A DNA stretch of 64,000 bases from Macrostomum lignano. Lineage: Eukaryota. Position numbers and translations under genes: made by a program. This document shows positions 36,377-47,900 of the stretch, piece by piece. How positions within the stretch are numbered: position 1 is the stretch's first letter; each line of letters opens with the position of its first letter. The notes beneath the pieces are model-generated. The model searched no databases. It saw only the letters and a list, made by a program, of their open reading frames with translations, and had not been told where the DNA came from. The stretch covers positions 41,766 through 105,765 of the forward strand of contig NIVC01001990.1 of assembly GCA_002269645.1 (NCBI GenBank), in the 5' to 3' direction.

Positions 36377-37150
36377 TCAAGCGTGACGCGACGAGCTGCC
36401 ACCGCCGTCCGTTCGTTTCCTTCCTGACTCGCCTGAATGCGGCGGCTTCGCAGCCGGCGGCGGGGGCACAATGATGACCGGCTTGCGGGCATGGTGCAGC
36501 ACGTAGTCGCTGACTGAGCCGACAAAGGTGCGCTTAATTGCGCCCATGCCCCTCGTGCCCATCACGATGAAGTCCACTTTTTCTTCTTTGGCTATCTTGA
36601 CAATGGCCTGGCCGGGTCCGTGAGCGATTCGTTCCAGAAATTTGATTCGCCCGATGCCGAGGCTGTCGCAGAGGGCTCGCACGTCTGTTGCCAGCTGTCT
36701 GGCCTCGCACAGTGTCTGGTCAATAGACCTGGCGTAGACCTCAGCGGCTAGGGTTCCCATTGTGCCGAAACCCACTGCCACTTCTGGCGGATCGGTCACG
36801 TTGACGAAGATCACTAGGTCCCTGTCTTGGCGCAGGTGCTCGGCGTAGAATATGACGGCTCGTTCGCTGTGCTCGCTGCGATCCACGCCAATCAGGACGC
36901 GCCTGTGCTCTGCCTCGGCTGCCGCGCCAGAGTTGCTGACTGGAAATGGACCGATTGTTATACTTCAATAGATGGATCGTTTCAAAACATCTTGCGTCTG
37001 GAGTCTACAATCTCAAGATTCTGAAAGTCCACCAACATCCGATCCTCTTGATGCATGCTATTTCTTACCTGATGCCGCAGAGTATCCGTGTCTGCAATCT
37101 GGCTGGCTTGTCTCCAACTTCTTTGACTTCCTGTGACCAGAGGCAGACAT
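36377..37150 (-). CDS. Universal stress protein (UspA domain). Exons about 37150-37069 and 36939-36377
   Basis: RRVLIGVDRSEHSERAV and GPGQAIVKIAKEEKVDFIVMGTRGMGAIKRTFVGSVSDYVLHHARKPVIIVP. Phase-1 junction TCAG|gtaaga...tttccag|TC. The first exon is less certain. Confidence 0.9.
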
Positions 37151-38324
37151 TTTCACCTTGGGGTGAGAAAAGGGCGTTGCTTAGAATGTCTGCCCGGGGT
37201 TTTCTTTCTTTTAAGAAGAGACTCTTCCACTGTGAGGGATTTGATTAGCGGATAGGTCTTGCAGCTTTCAGAGCGGCATATTTTCAAAGCCTAATGGAAC
37301 ATTTCAAGCTTCTCAATAACTGCGGTACGGCTGAACTTGCAAATGTGGTCTTTATTTATACTCAGACATGCTCCGACATGCAAATCGAGAGGCTGTTCCT
37401 TTCTAGTCGACGGGCGAGCCATGAATTATTCCTTGTTATATCCATGTCTGGTCATGTTAGACAGGCAAACCTTTAGCTCTATGTAATGACACACAACAGT
37501 CCAAAGGCTTCAGAAGACTGCCGCGTGTTCTCAGTCTCTTTGCAGCTGAGCAGCTCGATCGATAATTTTTCTGAACAGGCTTTTGCCTTGTACTGCAATT
37601 AGGCCCCAGAGAAAGTACATTTTGTAGAAACCTTCTTTCAGCGCCTATAATTCTAAATTGAAATGGAAATATGCGTTCAAATTACCTCTTTGCAATTTTG
37701 GACTGCTTTTAAAAGCAACTATACTTTGCTTCTTTTTTTGATTCGATTCCCAGGCTATGAGAGATGGGATACTCTCTTGGTTCGTGTCCGGTTTCTCTTG
37801 CTGCTCTCCAGCCGAACTGCTGCTGTATGTTCTTTCGGTCCTCTCTCTCCTTTTATCGAATCGGATCGCAGTGTCCCCCCCCCGCCTGCTCTCCTCTCTC
37901 CTCTTGGATTGCTCCTTCTCTTTCTCAGCTGGCACCGTCATAGCTGATTTGCCCATACAGACTCAAGAATTGCTTACGTACTGATTCTAGAGTGCCCCAT
38001 CGGCCAAAAAAGTTGAGCGTCCATCCCCTTCCCTGTTCACTTAACGGCTAATTCGATGGGGGACCTTGGCAGGCTTGCTCAATCAATGCTGGCATTGCCA
38101 AGGCCCGGTCTGCTCAAGCAATTGCCTTTCTTTTGTGTTCCCAATGCTCTTATCTAACCCACTCTGGCGCGCTGGTTTTGCTGCAGCGTTTCCCTATCGC
38201 TAAGATCTTATCTTTATAATAAACTAGGTCTGGCTGTCACGCAATTTTCTACCTATTTAGGCATATATAGCATTTCCCGGAGTCTATTTGAGTTCTCTTG
38301 CCCTCCCCAGACCATGTGGTAGCT

Positions 38325-38725
38325 AGTGTGGATGGCATCCCACCTACAGACTGTGCGGTAGTGTGGATGGCACCCCACCTACAGACTGTGCGGTAGTGTG
38401 GATGGCACCCCACCTACAGACTGTGCGGTAGTGTGGATGGCACCCCACCTACAGACTGTGCGGTTGTGTGGATGGCACCCCACCTACAGACTGTGCGGTA
38501 GTGTGGATGGCACCCCACCTACAGACTGTGTGGTAGTGTGGATGGCACCCCACCTACAGACTGTGCGGTTGTGTGGATGGCACCCCACCTACAGACTGTG
38601 CGGTAGTGTGGATGGCACCCCACCTACAGACTGTGCGGTAGTGTGGATGGCACCCCACCTACAGACTGTGCGGTTGTGTGGATGGCACCCCACCTACAGA
38701 CTGTGCGGTAGTGTGGATGGCATCC
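38325..38725. repeat. 35-bp minisatellite (GTAGTGTGGATGGCACCCCACCTACAGACTGTGCG) upstream of the ACL4-like exon
   Basis: About 11 units. Confidence 0.97.
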
Positions 38726-38822
38726 CATTAGGCCATTAAATTTTTGCTACAAATAATTCCTGATTCTGAACCCAAAAAAGTAAAATCCCGTAACTGTCCA
38801 CATCCGCGCCATTTTCTTCCAG

Positions 38823-39932
38823 GCGCCGCCAGCAAACCAACTGAAGCGCGCAAAGAAGGCGCAACAGCGGCGCAACAGGCTGGCAAAGGACAAGCTGCCC
38901 GCGGCCAGTCCCGCCAAACTGCTGGACGACGCCGAAGCAGCCGCGGCAAGCGGAGACCCCTCAACCGCCCTGGCCCTGACGGAGGCCGCCGTCCGCTCGC
39001 TGAAACCGTCGAACCTCGCCGCCACCGATGTCAGCCTGCTGGAGCGGGCCGGCGTCCGCCTGCTGGAGCTCGGACAGCCGGACGGCGCGCTCGACTGCCT
39101 GCTGAGGTGCGCGGCCGCGGCTCCGGACACTGGGCACGCCAAGTTCTTCTACCTGGCCCAACTCAGCAGCGGAGAGGCGGCCCTTGTCTACCTGGACAGG
39201 GGCATCGAATTGTTGACTGCCGCATCGAATAGTTCCGCTACCTCCACTGCAGCCTCCGCATCCGCTTCATCATCAGTCAGTCAGGAATTGGCGTCGGCGT
39301 GGTGCGCTCGCTGCGAGCTGTTCATGACCGACCTGTGCGACCGGCCGGACGCGGAGGCGCAGTGCGAGGCGGCCCTGGCAGAGGCGCTGGCCCGCCGGCC
39401 GGACAGCGCCGAGGCTCTGCAGCAGCGGGCCGGCCTGCGGCTGGTGCAGCAGCGGCCCGAGGAGGCGCTGGCCGACCTGCGCCTCAGCCTGAACCTCTGG
39501 CTGCCCCTGCGCCGCCAGGCCGCCGAGGCCGCCGAAGTCCATGACGACGAGAACGGCGCGGCCGCCGCGGACCCCGACGAGTGCGGCCTGACTGCCGAGC
39601 AGCGGCTGCGCTGCGCAGAGATGCTGTTGGAACTCGGCGAGCTGGAGACCTGCGTCGACGTCCTGGACTTGCTGATGGAGGAGGACGACGAGGTCGCCCA
39701 GGTGTGGCTGCTGTTCGGCTTAGCCTACAGTCGCCAAGGCAACGCATCTGCGGCCCGCTACCACCTGCAGAAAGCGCGCGCCCTGGTGGAGCCCGGCGAC
39801 CCGGTGGCCGGCGAGATCGACCAGCTGTTGAGCGAGCTGCCGCCAGAGGGAGAGGACGATGCGAGCGGAGCCAAAGATGCTGGTGCAAATGATGATGAAG
39901 AGCTGGACGAAGAGTTTGAGGAGGGAGAGTGA
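38823..39932 (+). CDS. ACL4: TPR protein, assembly chaperone of Rpl4 (ACL4-like); large last exon, start exon not found
   Basis: The frame is open from the acceptor ttttcttccag|38823. Motifs GHAKFFYLAQLS.GEAALVYLDRGIELL, LASAWCARCELFMTDLC..PDAEAQCE and PDSAEALQQRAGLRLVQ, followed by an acidic tail. Confidence 0.75.
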   Translation, partial: APPANQLKRAKKAQQRRNRLAKDKLPAASPAKLLDDAEAAAASGDPSTALALTEAAVRSLKPSNLAATDVSLLERAGVRLLELGQPDGALDCLLRCAAAAPDTGHAKFFYLAQLSSGEAALVYLDRGIELLTAASNSSATSTAASASASSSVSQELASAWCARCELFMTDLCDRPDAEAQCEAALAEALARRPDSAEALQQRAGLRLVQQRPEEALADLRLSLNLWLPLRRQAAEAAEVHDDENGAAAADPDECGLTAEQRLRCAEMLLELGELETCVDVLDLLMEEDDEVAQVWLLFGLAYSRQGNASAARYHLQKARALVEPGDPVAGEIDQLLSELPPEGEDDASGAKDAGANDDEELDEEFEEGE

Positions 39933-40269
39933 AGCTTGGCTTCGTACTGTAATGAAATTTTACTTGTCAGTTGCGTCTTATTCTACTCGTTAGTAGGCAG
40001 TTTACTGCTACAAAGATGCATTTTTAAGTTGAATGTTAACTCTTGTCTTGCATGTTGTCTTTTGTTTCGCCTGAATTGATCCTGCTGCAGATCGATTTTC
40101 TTGCTGTCTGTCTTGCTGCTTCCAGAGAGATCAAAGCAATTTTGGCTAAATAAAATGAAAGTGTTATTTATAGCCAGTAGTAATTGTGCTCGCGAGGCGG
40201 CAGTCTGATGCCTCTGGATAAATGCTGAGTGCTGACGGTCTTAAATGATTTGTCTATCAATTAATCGAA

Positions 40270-41465
40270 GGCTTTCCCAAAAGCAGTTATACTTTTCCAC
40301 TATATCGCTTGTTCTGCTGATCCAAATAACATCATTTTGCACAGATTTATAGCGGCAACTCTCTTCCACAAGTTCCACAAGTCATCCCCACGATCAGCAG
40401 CCCTGATGATACGGTCTCTTGCTTAAACAATAGCGCACTGCCGAGGCTGCTGTTCCATGATATCTTCATCGAATTCTGCTTCAAATTAATCGATTCCATC
40501 TTCTTCCAGCAATTCATCGTCTTCTTCAATCTGATCTTCAGTATTCATATCGTTTCTTGTTGCGTAACGATTGTGCAGTAATGCAGTACACGAAAAACAA
40601 AATAGTTAGATTAATGTACTAAAAATGTCTGTCGAAATAGAATGACTGTTTTTTTATTTCAAATCTACGCATGCGCGTCACTCGGGGACAATTTTGGCCA
40701 CAGACAGTCTGAATTGAAGTTCTTCTGTTTCAATAGAAAGGGACTTTGTTTGAAATATTCTGTTGCTTTAAAAGCTATATGCTTCTCCAAGTTTTCCCAT
40801 AGATATCTCTGTCACAGCAGCTTAAAAAAGGAGTCTGAGTGCATTCAATCAAAATTACTTTCGCTACTTTCTGCTAGCTTGTCGAATTACTGTAAGTCTA
40901 TGGTCGAGGTCCTGCTACATTTTAGTTTTTACCTTTTGTTTCCATTGTCTTGATACACCATTTTACCTCCTATTTTGAACAAAGTCTTGTTCAAAAGAAA
41001 CAAGCAGAACTTCAATTCAAACACTTTAAGAAATAACAGCCCTTGCGGAAATTCGATTCAAACGGGGCTTCAGCTTTATTGCTTTTTGTTCCCTAGCTCC
41101 TTCTGCTGCACTAAAAGTCAGGGATGTGCATTGAAGTGTTGCTCAGAGGAGTGTGATATACACCCTTTGGGGAACGGGGCACAGTTGAGCCGAGATTCAT
41201 GCTCAACTTTCATCGGCTCATGGGTCTACCGCAGTCATTTTGCAGCATTCACTGCAGCCAGTTACCCGCTTGTGAGCTACAAGTCTATTGTCGAGGTCCT
41301 GCTACATTTTAGTTTATAACTTTTGTTTCCATTGTCTGTTTTTAACGATGTTAAAGATAATTATAAAGAAGAGAGTTGCCGCTATAAATCTGCAAAATGA
41401 TGTTATTTGGATCAGTAGAACAAGAAATATAGTGAAAAGTATAACTACTTATGGGACAGCCCTCG
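40270..41465. mobile_element. Rearranged transposon relic with about 95-bp inverted copies (40270-40370 / 41378-41463) and about 60-bp direct copies (40883-40950 / 41281-41338)
   Basis: The repeats are seen directly. Minus strand 40560-40330 gives a stop-interrupted RDRIIRAADRGDDLW...KRVAAIN resembling an IS630/Tc1 N-terminal HTH (weak). Confidence 0.45.
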
Positions 41466-41987
41466 TATTTAGCATAATGAGTCGATGAACAGACTTGCAA
41501 ATTAAAATATTTAAACAACGTCGGCTGTTAAAACAGATAGTGAAAAAGTTCGATGAGCGACAAATCAATGTTTATTTTTACTCATTTTCATGCAAGTAAA
41601 TTTTGATGAGAAAATAGTAGCCGCACTTCTACTATTGTATTAGTTTCCATAACAACAATTAATGCGACAAAATGCAGCAACCGATGGTTTGTCTTATTTA
41701 AGAGAAAAAAATAAGTCTTCGGAGTTATATTCGAACTTGGACACAAATAGAAATTAACAGACAGACAGCCGGGTCAACAAGCAAAATGCAGCTCAACACA
41801 CGGGCATTCGAGTTGGCAATGACGCTACGGTAGAATGAGAACGATTAATATGCGATAAATAAGGAACTTGAAGCGAGTTTTTTACTTTTAATTTATGTGA
41901 CATTGTGGTACGCGAATAGTACTGATAATAAAAATAATTAGCGGAAAGCCGGCCTCGAACACAGTATTCGGAAAGCTTCTCATCTAT

Positions 41988-44900
41988 CTAGGCGAGCTGC
42001 ACATTATTGGCGGACAGGTACTGCTGCAGGTACTGCTGCGCCTGCGGGTCCGCCTGGCGAATCAGCGGCTGCAGCTGGCCGGGGGCGCGCATGCTGAGAT
42101 CTCGCAGGCCTCTGGCCAGCCCGGACTTGGCGTCGGTGCCTCCGGCGGCTCCTCCAGAGATCAGCGACAAGTCGACGGTAGCCGGCTTGCCGGCGAACAC
42201 CAGCTGGTTGTAGCTGGCCGCGCCGCTGCCGATGCCGCCGGCGTGGTCACCGGCTGGGCCGTCCGAGGCGAACGCGCCGGCCAGCTGATCCTCTTCGCCA
42301 ACCTCCGCCTGCGGCAGTTCAATGAGGGCCACCAGAGCGGTCAGCAGCTTGGGCCACTGGGCCGCGTAAGTGCTGAGCATGGCTGCAGGATTCCAAGGAA
42401 TTATTGGTAAGGTTGGATGCGATTGCGGAGGCGCGGATATGGTGATGGGATCATACACAAATCGGATGGGATCATACACAAATTGGATGGGATCATACAC
42501 AAATCGGATGGGATCATACACAAATTAGATGGGATCATACACAAATCGGATGGGATCATAAAGAAACCGATCGAATGGGATCATATAAGAATCAGATGGG
42601 ATCATACGCTCGTATAGATCAGATGGGATAATCTAGAAATCGGATGGGATAATTCAGAAATCGGATGGGATCATTTAGAAATCGGATGGGATTATCTAGA
42701 AATCAGATGGGATAATCTAGAAATCGGATGGGATAATCTAGAAATCAGAGGGGATAATTTAGAAATCGGATGGGATTATCTAGAAATCGGATGGAATAAT
42801 CTAGAAATCGGATGGGATAATCTAGAAATCAGATGGGATAATCTAGAAATCGGATGGGATCATATAGAAATCAGATGGCATAATCTAAAAATCGGATGGG
42901 ATCAAATCACCACCTGGACATTCCGTGAGCACGCGGCTAAAGCCGAGGCTGCAGACACGCCTGTCGGCACCGGCGTCAACCTTCTGCATGTCGGCCAGCA
43001 TGAGGCTCTCCACCACCATGGCGAACATGCCGGCCTGGACGCCGTCCACAGCAGCAACCAGCCGGTCGGCGCCCTTAGCCAGAGCATAGGCCGCCAAAAA
43101 CACCAGCAGCTGTTTCACGTATTTAACAGTCCTGGTGCGCATCAGGCGCTGAAACACCAGCATCAGCACCGGCCTGGTGTACTTCTCCATCAGAGCGTCT
43201 GGCAGGCTGACAACCAGCTGGCACAGCAGGGCGAACGCGTGATGATCATGCGCCTTGGACTCCAGCAGCTTCTGGAACACGCCAAGCACGGAGCTGACCC
43301 GGGCCTCTGTGAGGCTCTGCCCGGCCGAGCGGACAAAGGCGCGCAGCAGGCGGGCTAAGGCGGGCACGTTGGCCGGCGACTCCCACAGCACCGGGGCCAG
43401 CAGGAAGGGGAACAGGGCCCAGTAGGGCTCGCTCGGCCCGTCCCGATGCTGCTCTAGCAACACGGCGAGCACCTGCAGCAAGAGAGTTATTGAGTGAATC
43501 GCCATTCCCTACCCTCTCCCTCTTCCCCACCCTCCCTCTCCCTCTTCCCCACCCTCTCCCTCTCTCTCTTCCCCACCCTCTCCCTCTCCCTCTTCCCCAC
43601 CCTCTCCCTCTTCCCCACCCTCTCCCTCTTCCCCACCCTCTCCCTCTCTCTCTTCCCCACCCTCTCCCTCTCTCTCTTCTCCACCCTCTCCCTCTCTCTC
43701 TTCTCCACCCTCTCCCTCTCCCTCTTCCCCACCCTCTCCCTCTCTCTCTTCCCCACCCTCTCCCTCTCTCTCTTCCCCACCCTCTCCCTCTCTCTCTTCC
43801 CCACCCTCTCCCTCTCTCTCTTCCCCACCCTCTCCCTCTCTCTATTCCCCACCCTCTCCCTCTCTCTCTTCCCCACCCTCTCCCTCTCTCTCTTCCCCAC
43901 CCTCTCCCTCTCTCTCTTCCCCACCCTCTCCCTCTCTCTCTTCCCCACCCTCTCCCTCTCTCTCTTCCCCACCCTCTCCCTCTCTCTCTTCCCCACCCTC
44001 TCCCTCTCTCTCTTCCCCACCCTCTCCCTCTCTCTTCCCCACCCTCTCCCTCTCTCTCTTCCCCACCCTCTCCCTCTCTCTCTTCGCCACCCTCTTCCTC
44101 TTCCCCTACTTTCCCTCATCTTTCCCAGCTTCTCCCAAGTCCAAATCTCACCTGAAAAGTGTAGGGCAAAAAGTCGGTAACATCCCGCTGTAGAATATCC
44201 TGAAACAGCGGGAATAGCGCGGCCTCAAACTGGGCAGCCGAACTCGAATCCGCCTGACAAGCCGTGGTGACGCACAGACACAGCGACTCGAATAGATAGT
44301 GATTGAACAGCGGCTTTGATGGATTCTGCAGTGACGGTGGTTGGCGGAGTGCATAGTACAGATTTCGCCTTTCGCCCAAGGCAATTCAAGAATGCCAGAA
44401 AAGAAAACAAGATTCCCTAAGAGAAAAAAGATGCGGATGAAAGAGATTGAAACCGCAAAAAATGAAAAGAGATTTTATGGACTGGCACACCGCAATTATG
44501 CATTAGGCTCGGCAGCTGGCTGACATGCAGCTTCGGGGACCCCGGGGCAAATAGGCGCGCGTCAGGGACTGTCCCAGCCTCCCTGCCTTCGACCCCATCT
44601 TTTTTTTGAAAAATTCTAATCGGCGAATTTTCAGGCGCCACCTGCCGTTGTATGTCAAGGTCGCATCATATAAGGCATCATTTAGCTAGGCTGGGCCAGT
44701 GGGCACAGCCTGCTTCTTACTGAATATTATTCGTATCATTTATAGACTAGCAACTTTTTATGCCCTGCTTTCTCTGCAGTACACATAGACATATAGGCGG
44801 TTGCATACTCATTCTATTTTTCGAGTTGCGCTATTCATATTGCCCTAAGCCTCAAGCCCTAAAGCTAATGAATTTTGGGAAATAGATGAAGTTTTATTGT

Positions 44901-47900
44901 TACGTCGCAGCTGCCCAATGAGGGTGTTCGGAATTTGTCTGGCATTATCCTTATCTCGCAGTCGTCGCCGGCCTATTTTATGACTTCCCGTGAGGAAATA
45001 TAGCTTTCTGCAGCCAAGTTGGGCTTACACGAATTACAACAATATACCAGCGTATTATCCGCCTGCAACAATGGACAGACTGCATGCCATAAACGATGAA
45101 GCGCACGAGTATCTAGGTTGCTAATGCAGTCAAAAGCCAAGCGTTAAACAGAATTATCAAATAAAAAGCAGTAGATCGAGTTTCCATCTCGAGCTTGGTC
45201 ACTGGACCATAGACAGAAGCGTATCATTCTATATTGTGCCGATCATGGTATCTTTGGACCATAGACAAAGATTTATATCAGTCTTAGCTGGTTTCCGAAT
45301 GACTGCATATCTGGCTTAACTATGGATGAAATGGAGTCACATCACAAGCTCGAAAAATCACATCGTCGAAAAACACCCACCATTAGTAGCTCGAAAAGTC
45401 ACATCGTCGAAACATCGATGAAATTCAACTTCAACGTGAGCTACGAGTAGAGAAAGAAATGTATGAAGATTTTGAATGTCTTTTGAACTTTTAAAGAGCT
45501 CTGTGCACTTCTGCCAAACGACTCAGTTATTCATCAGGAAGCAATTGAAGCGCATCAATATGAAGAAACAAAGGTGGAACCAACCCACCCAGAGACAAAA
45601 GACTGCTATAGAGTGCTAGACAAGAGAGCAATTCAAGCGGTTCATGATGACATACAATTTCGCCTCCTTTGATATCGGTTCGTGCAGTGCTGATGAACTG
45701 GCGGGCAAGGTGCGACTGCTTTACGCTTCGCTGAGAAAGGAAGACGGTTCTCTATACGAGTACGCGTCGTCATATTTAATCAGTATGGGAGCTGAATCCA
45801 TTTGTTGTAATGTTATATCGTTATAATTAAAAGTTAATCTACGAGCGTATTAACTGGCAAATAAACATCTACTCAGCATGCATGTACGCACTTTATGTCG
45901 TTAAACCACTCCGAAACGACTTTTCATTTGATAATAATAGGATATTCAATTATTAGATTTTGACTGCTTGGACATCGCTACCTATGCAGTTATTGGGTTG
46001 AGCGCACGGTGCACGGTGTAATGAATTAATCTAACCAAGATGTGAAAAGGGACAAAGCTTAATTTTATTTTTTGCGAGCGTACAATGCAGACTTAGGCTC
46101 ACCAAAGCGCTTTGAAATACAGGTTTAAAAGGACCCAAGAGGTGAAAAGCTAGCTTTGAAGTGGCCTCCACATTCAAATATATTCGTCCAATGCTCGTCC
46201 GTCAGCTCTTCCAGTTGCTCGTTCAATCTAATTCTAGCCTGACTTGAAGAAGGTAGAAGAACTTTTTTTGAATACCTGCACGTGCTAAGGGAGGGTTTTC
46301 ACTTCACAGTACAGCTTGAGTGTCGCTGGCCCTCAACAGCGAGTCATACTAGGGGGGATTAGCGATCAGTTAAAATCCTTCTCCGCCGATTCCTTCCTTC
46401 TCCCTCCGGCTCACAAGTTCTTTCAACAGTTAATTCCTGCTTTATCGGCCTGTCTGTAGCAGCTGACGCTAGTTTCTACGGAATTGACAGGCTATTTAGA
46501 TCGAGTCGCCAGAAAATAGCAAGGATAGATATATCCGAGAAAAGGGTTGACTATTGAGTCGCATAATTTCTTTATAAACCAAAGGCGCAATCTTATTGGC
46601 CAAGCTGTCGACAACCAATCAGTCTAAGCAAGCAAGCAGAAACGATCGCTACAAAAGGACAATAAGACAGTCTCTCCAAGATGAGGATATTCAATCCTAG
46701 ACAAGGTAAAATCGTCCACAATAGACATAGCTGATTATCCACATGGACTTGGACCCGGCGGTGCGGAGACTATGCCAGGAGCTGACCTGTCTAGACAGGC
46801 TCGAGCGAACACCGGGAGCCAGCGATCAGCTCAGACGTTGTCTGCTTAGCCTGGCGCTTAGCGTCCAACCGTCGATTCGGGCCTGGATCTACACTAGGCG
46901 CCTAATGATATTCGCTGGAGTTACCTGCCTGCTAACAGGCCTGCTGTACGGCTTAGTGGAAGCTCGCGATCCTAAACTAGACGATATGGGCAAGCTAGAT
47001 CTCCAAGCTAATAGACACTGGCTGTTGGGCACACCTGTGCTCATTCTCACCGCAGTGATCATCTTCTTGGCTGCTCAGCTAGTTAATAACTACATCTGGC
47101 TGGCTAGCATGCGGGTGAAACGGCAACTCAGAGCCAGACTGGCCCCGCTGTTGTTACCGGCGCCGCTAGCTGTGCAGAATCATTCGGTCAGTAATAATAT
47201 CAACAGTGCCAACAGGCCATGCGAACCAGCCGATGGCGTAGCCATCAATGTCAGCAATAATTATGCAACCGATAGCGACAATAATAAGGAGGTCTACTTG
47301 TAGCATCGGTTTGGAACTGAGAACTAGATTTAAGAACTGCCAAGATCATTTAATAAAAGCTCTTGATAAGGTGAGTTGAGCCTCTCTGCATCGTTGGATC
47401 ATTTGATAGGTCACAACCCGCTGAATCCTTTGATTGACCGCCTTTCTTTCAATTCTTGATTAGTAGCGGCTCCCTTTCATCACCTCTGATGAACAATCTC
47501 CCTTTAATCCCTTGATGAACAATCTCCCTTTAATCCCTTGATGAACCATCTCCCCCTTAATCCCCTGATGAACAATCTCCCTTTAATCCCTTGATGAACC
47601 ATCTCCCCCTTAATCCCTTGATGAACCATCTCCCTTTAATCCCTTGATGAACCATCTCCCCCTTAATCCCTTGATGAACAGTCTGCACTTTAATCCATCG
47701 ATTTATTAATTTTCATAAAGCTTCGGCAAACTACTTTTCTGTAAATCGTTTTATAGAAAACCACCTTCGTACATTAAGTGATGCGATTTTTTATTACCGT
47801 TGTTTGAATGGAATTCATTCGCCAACATGTATCTGTACATACTAAAGGAGACAATTTATACACATTTGCTCAAAGCTCAATCGCTGTGTATCACCAATAC

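Noticed and set aside
37645-37984. Overlapping ORFs between the USP and ACL4-like genes
   Set aside because: They arise from CT-rich low complexity and are probably UTR or promoter sequence. A possible minus-strand donor near 37977 could belong to a non-coding USP exon but cannot be supported.
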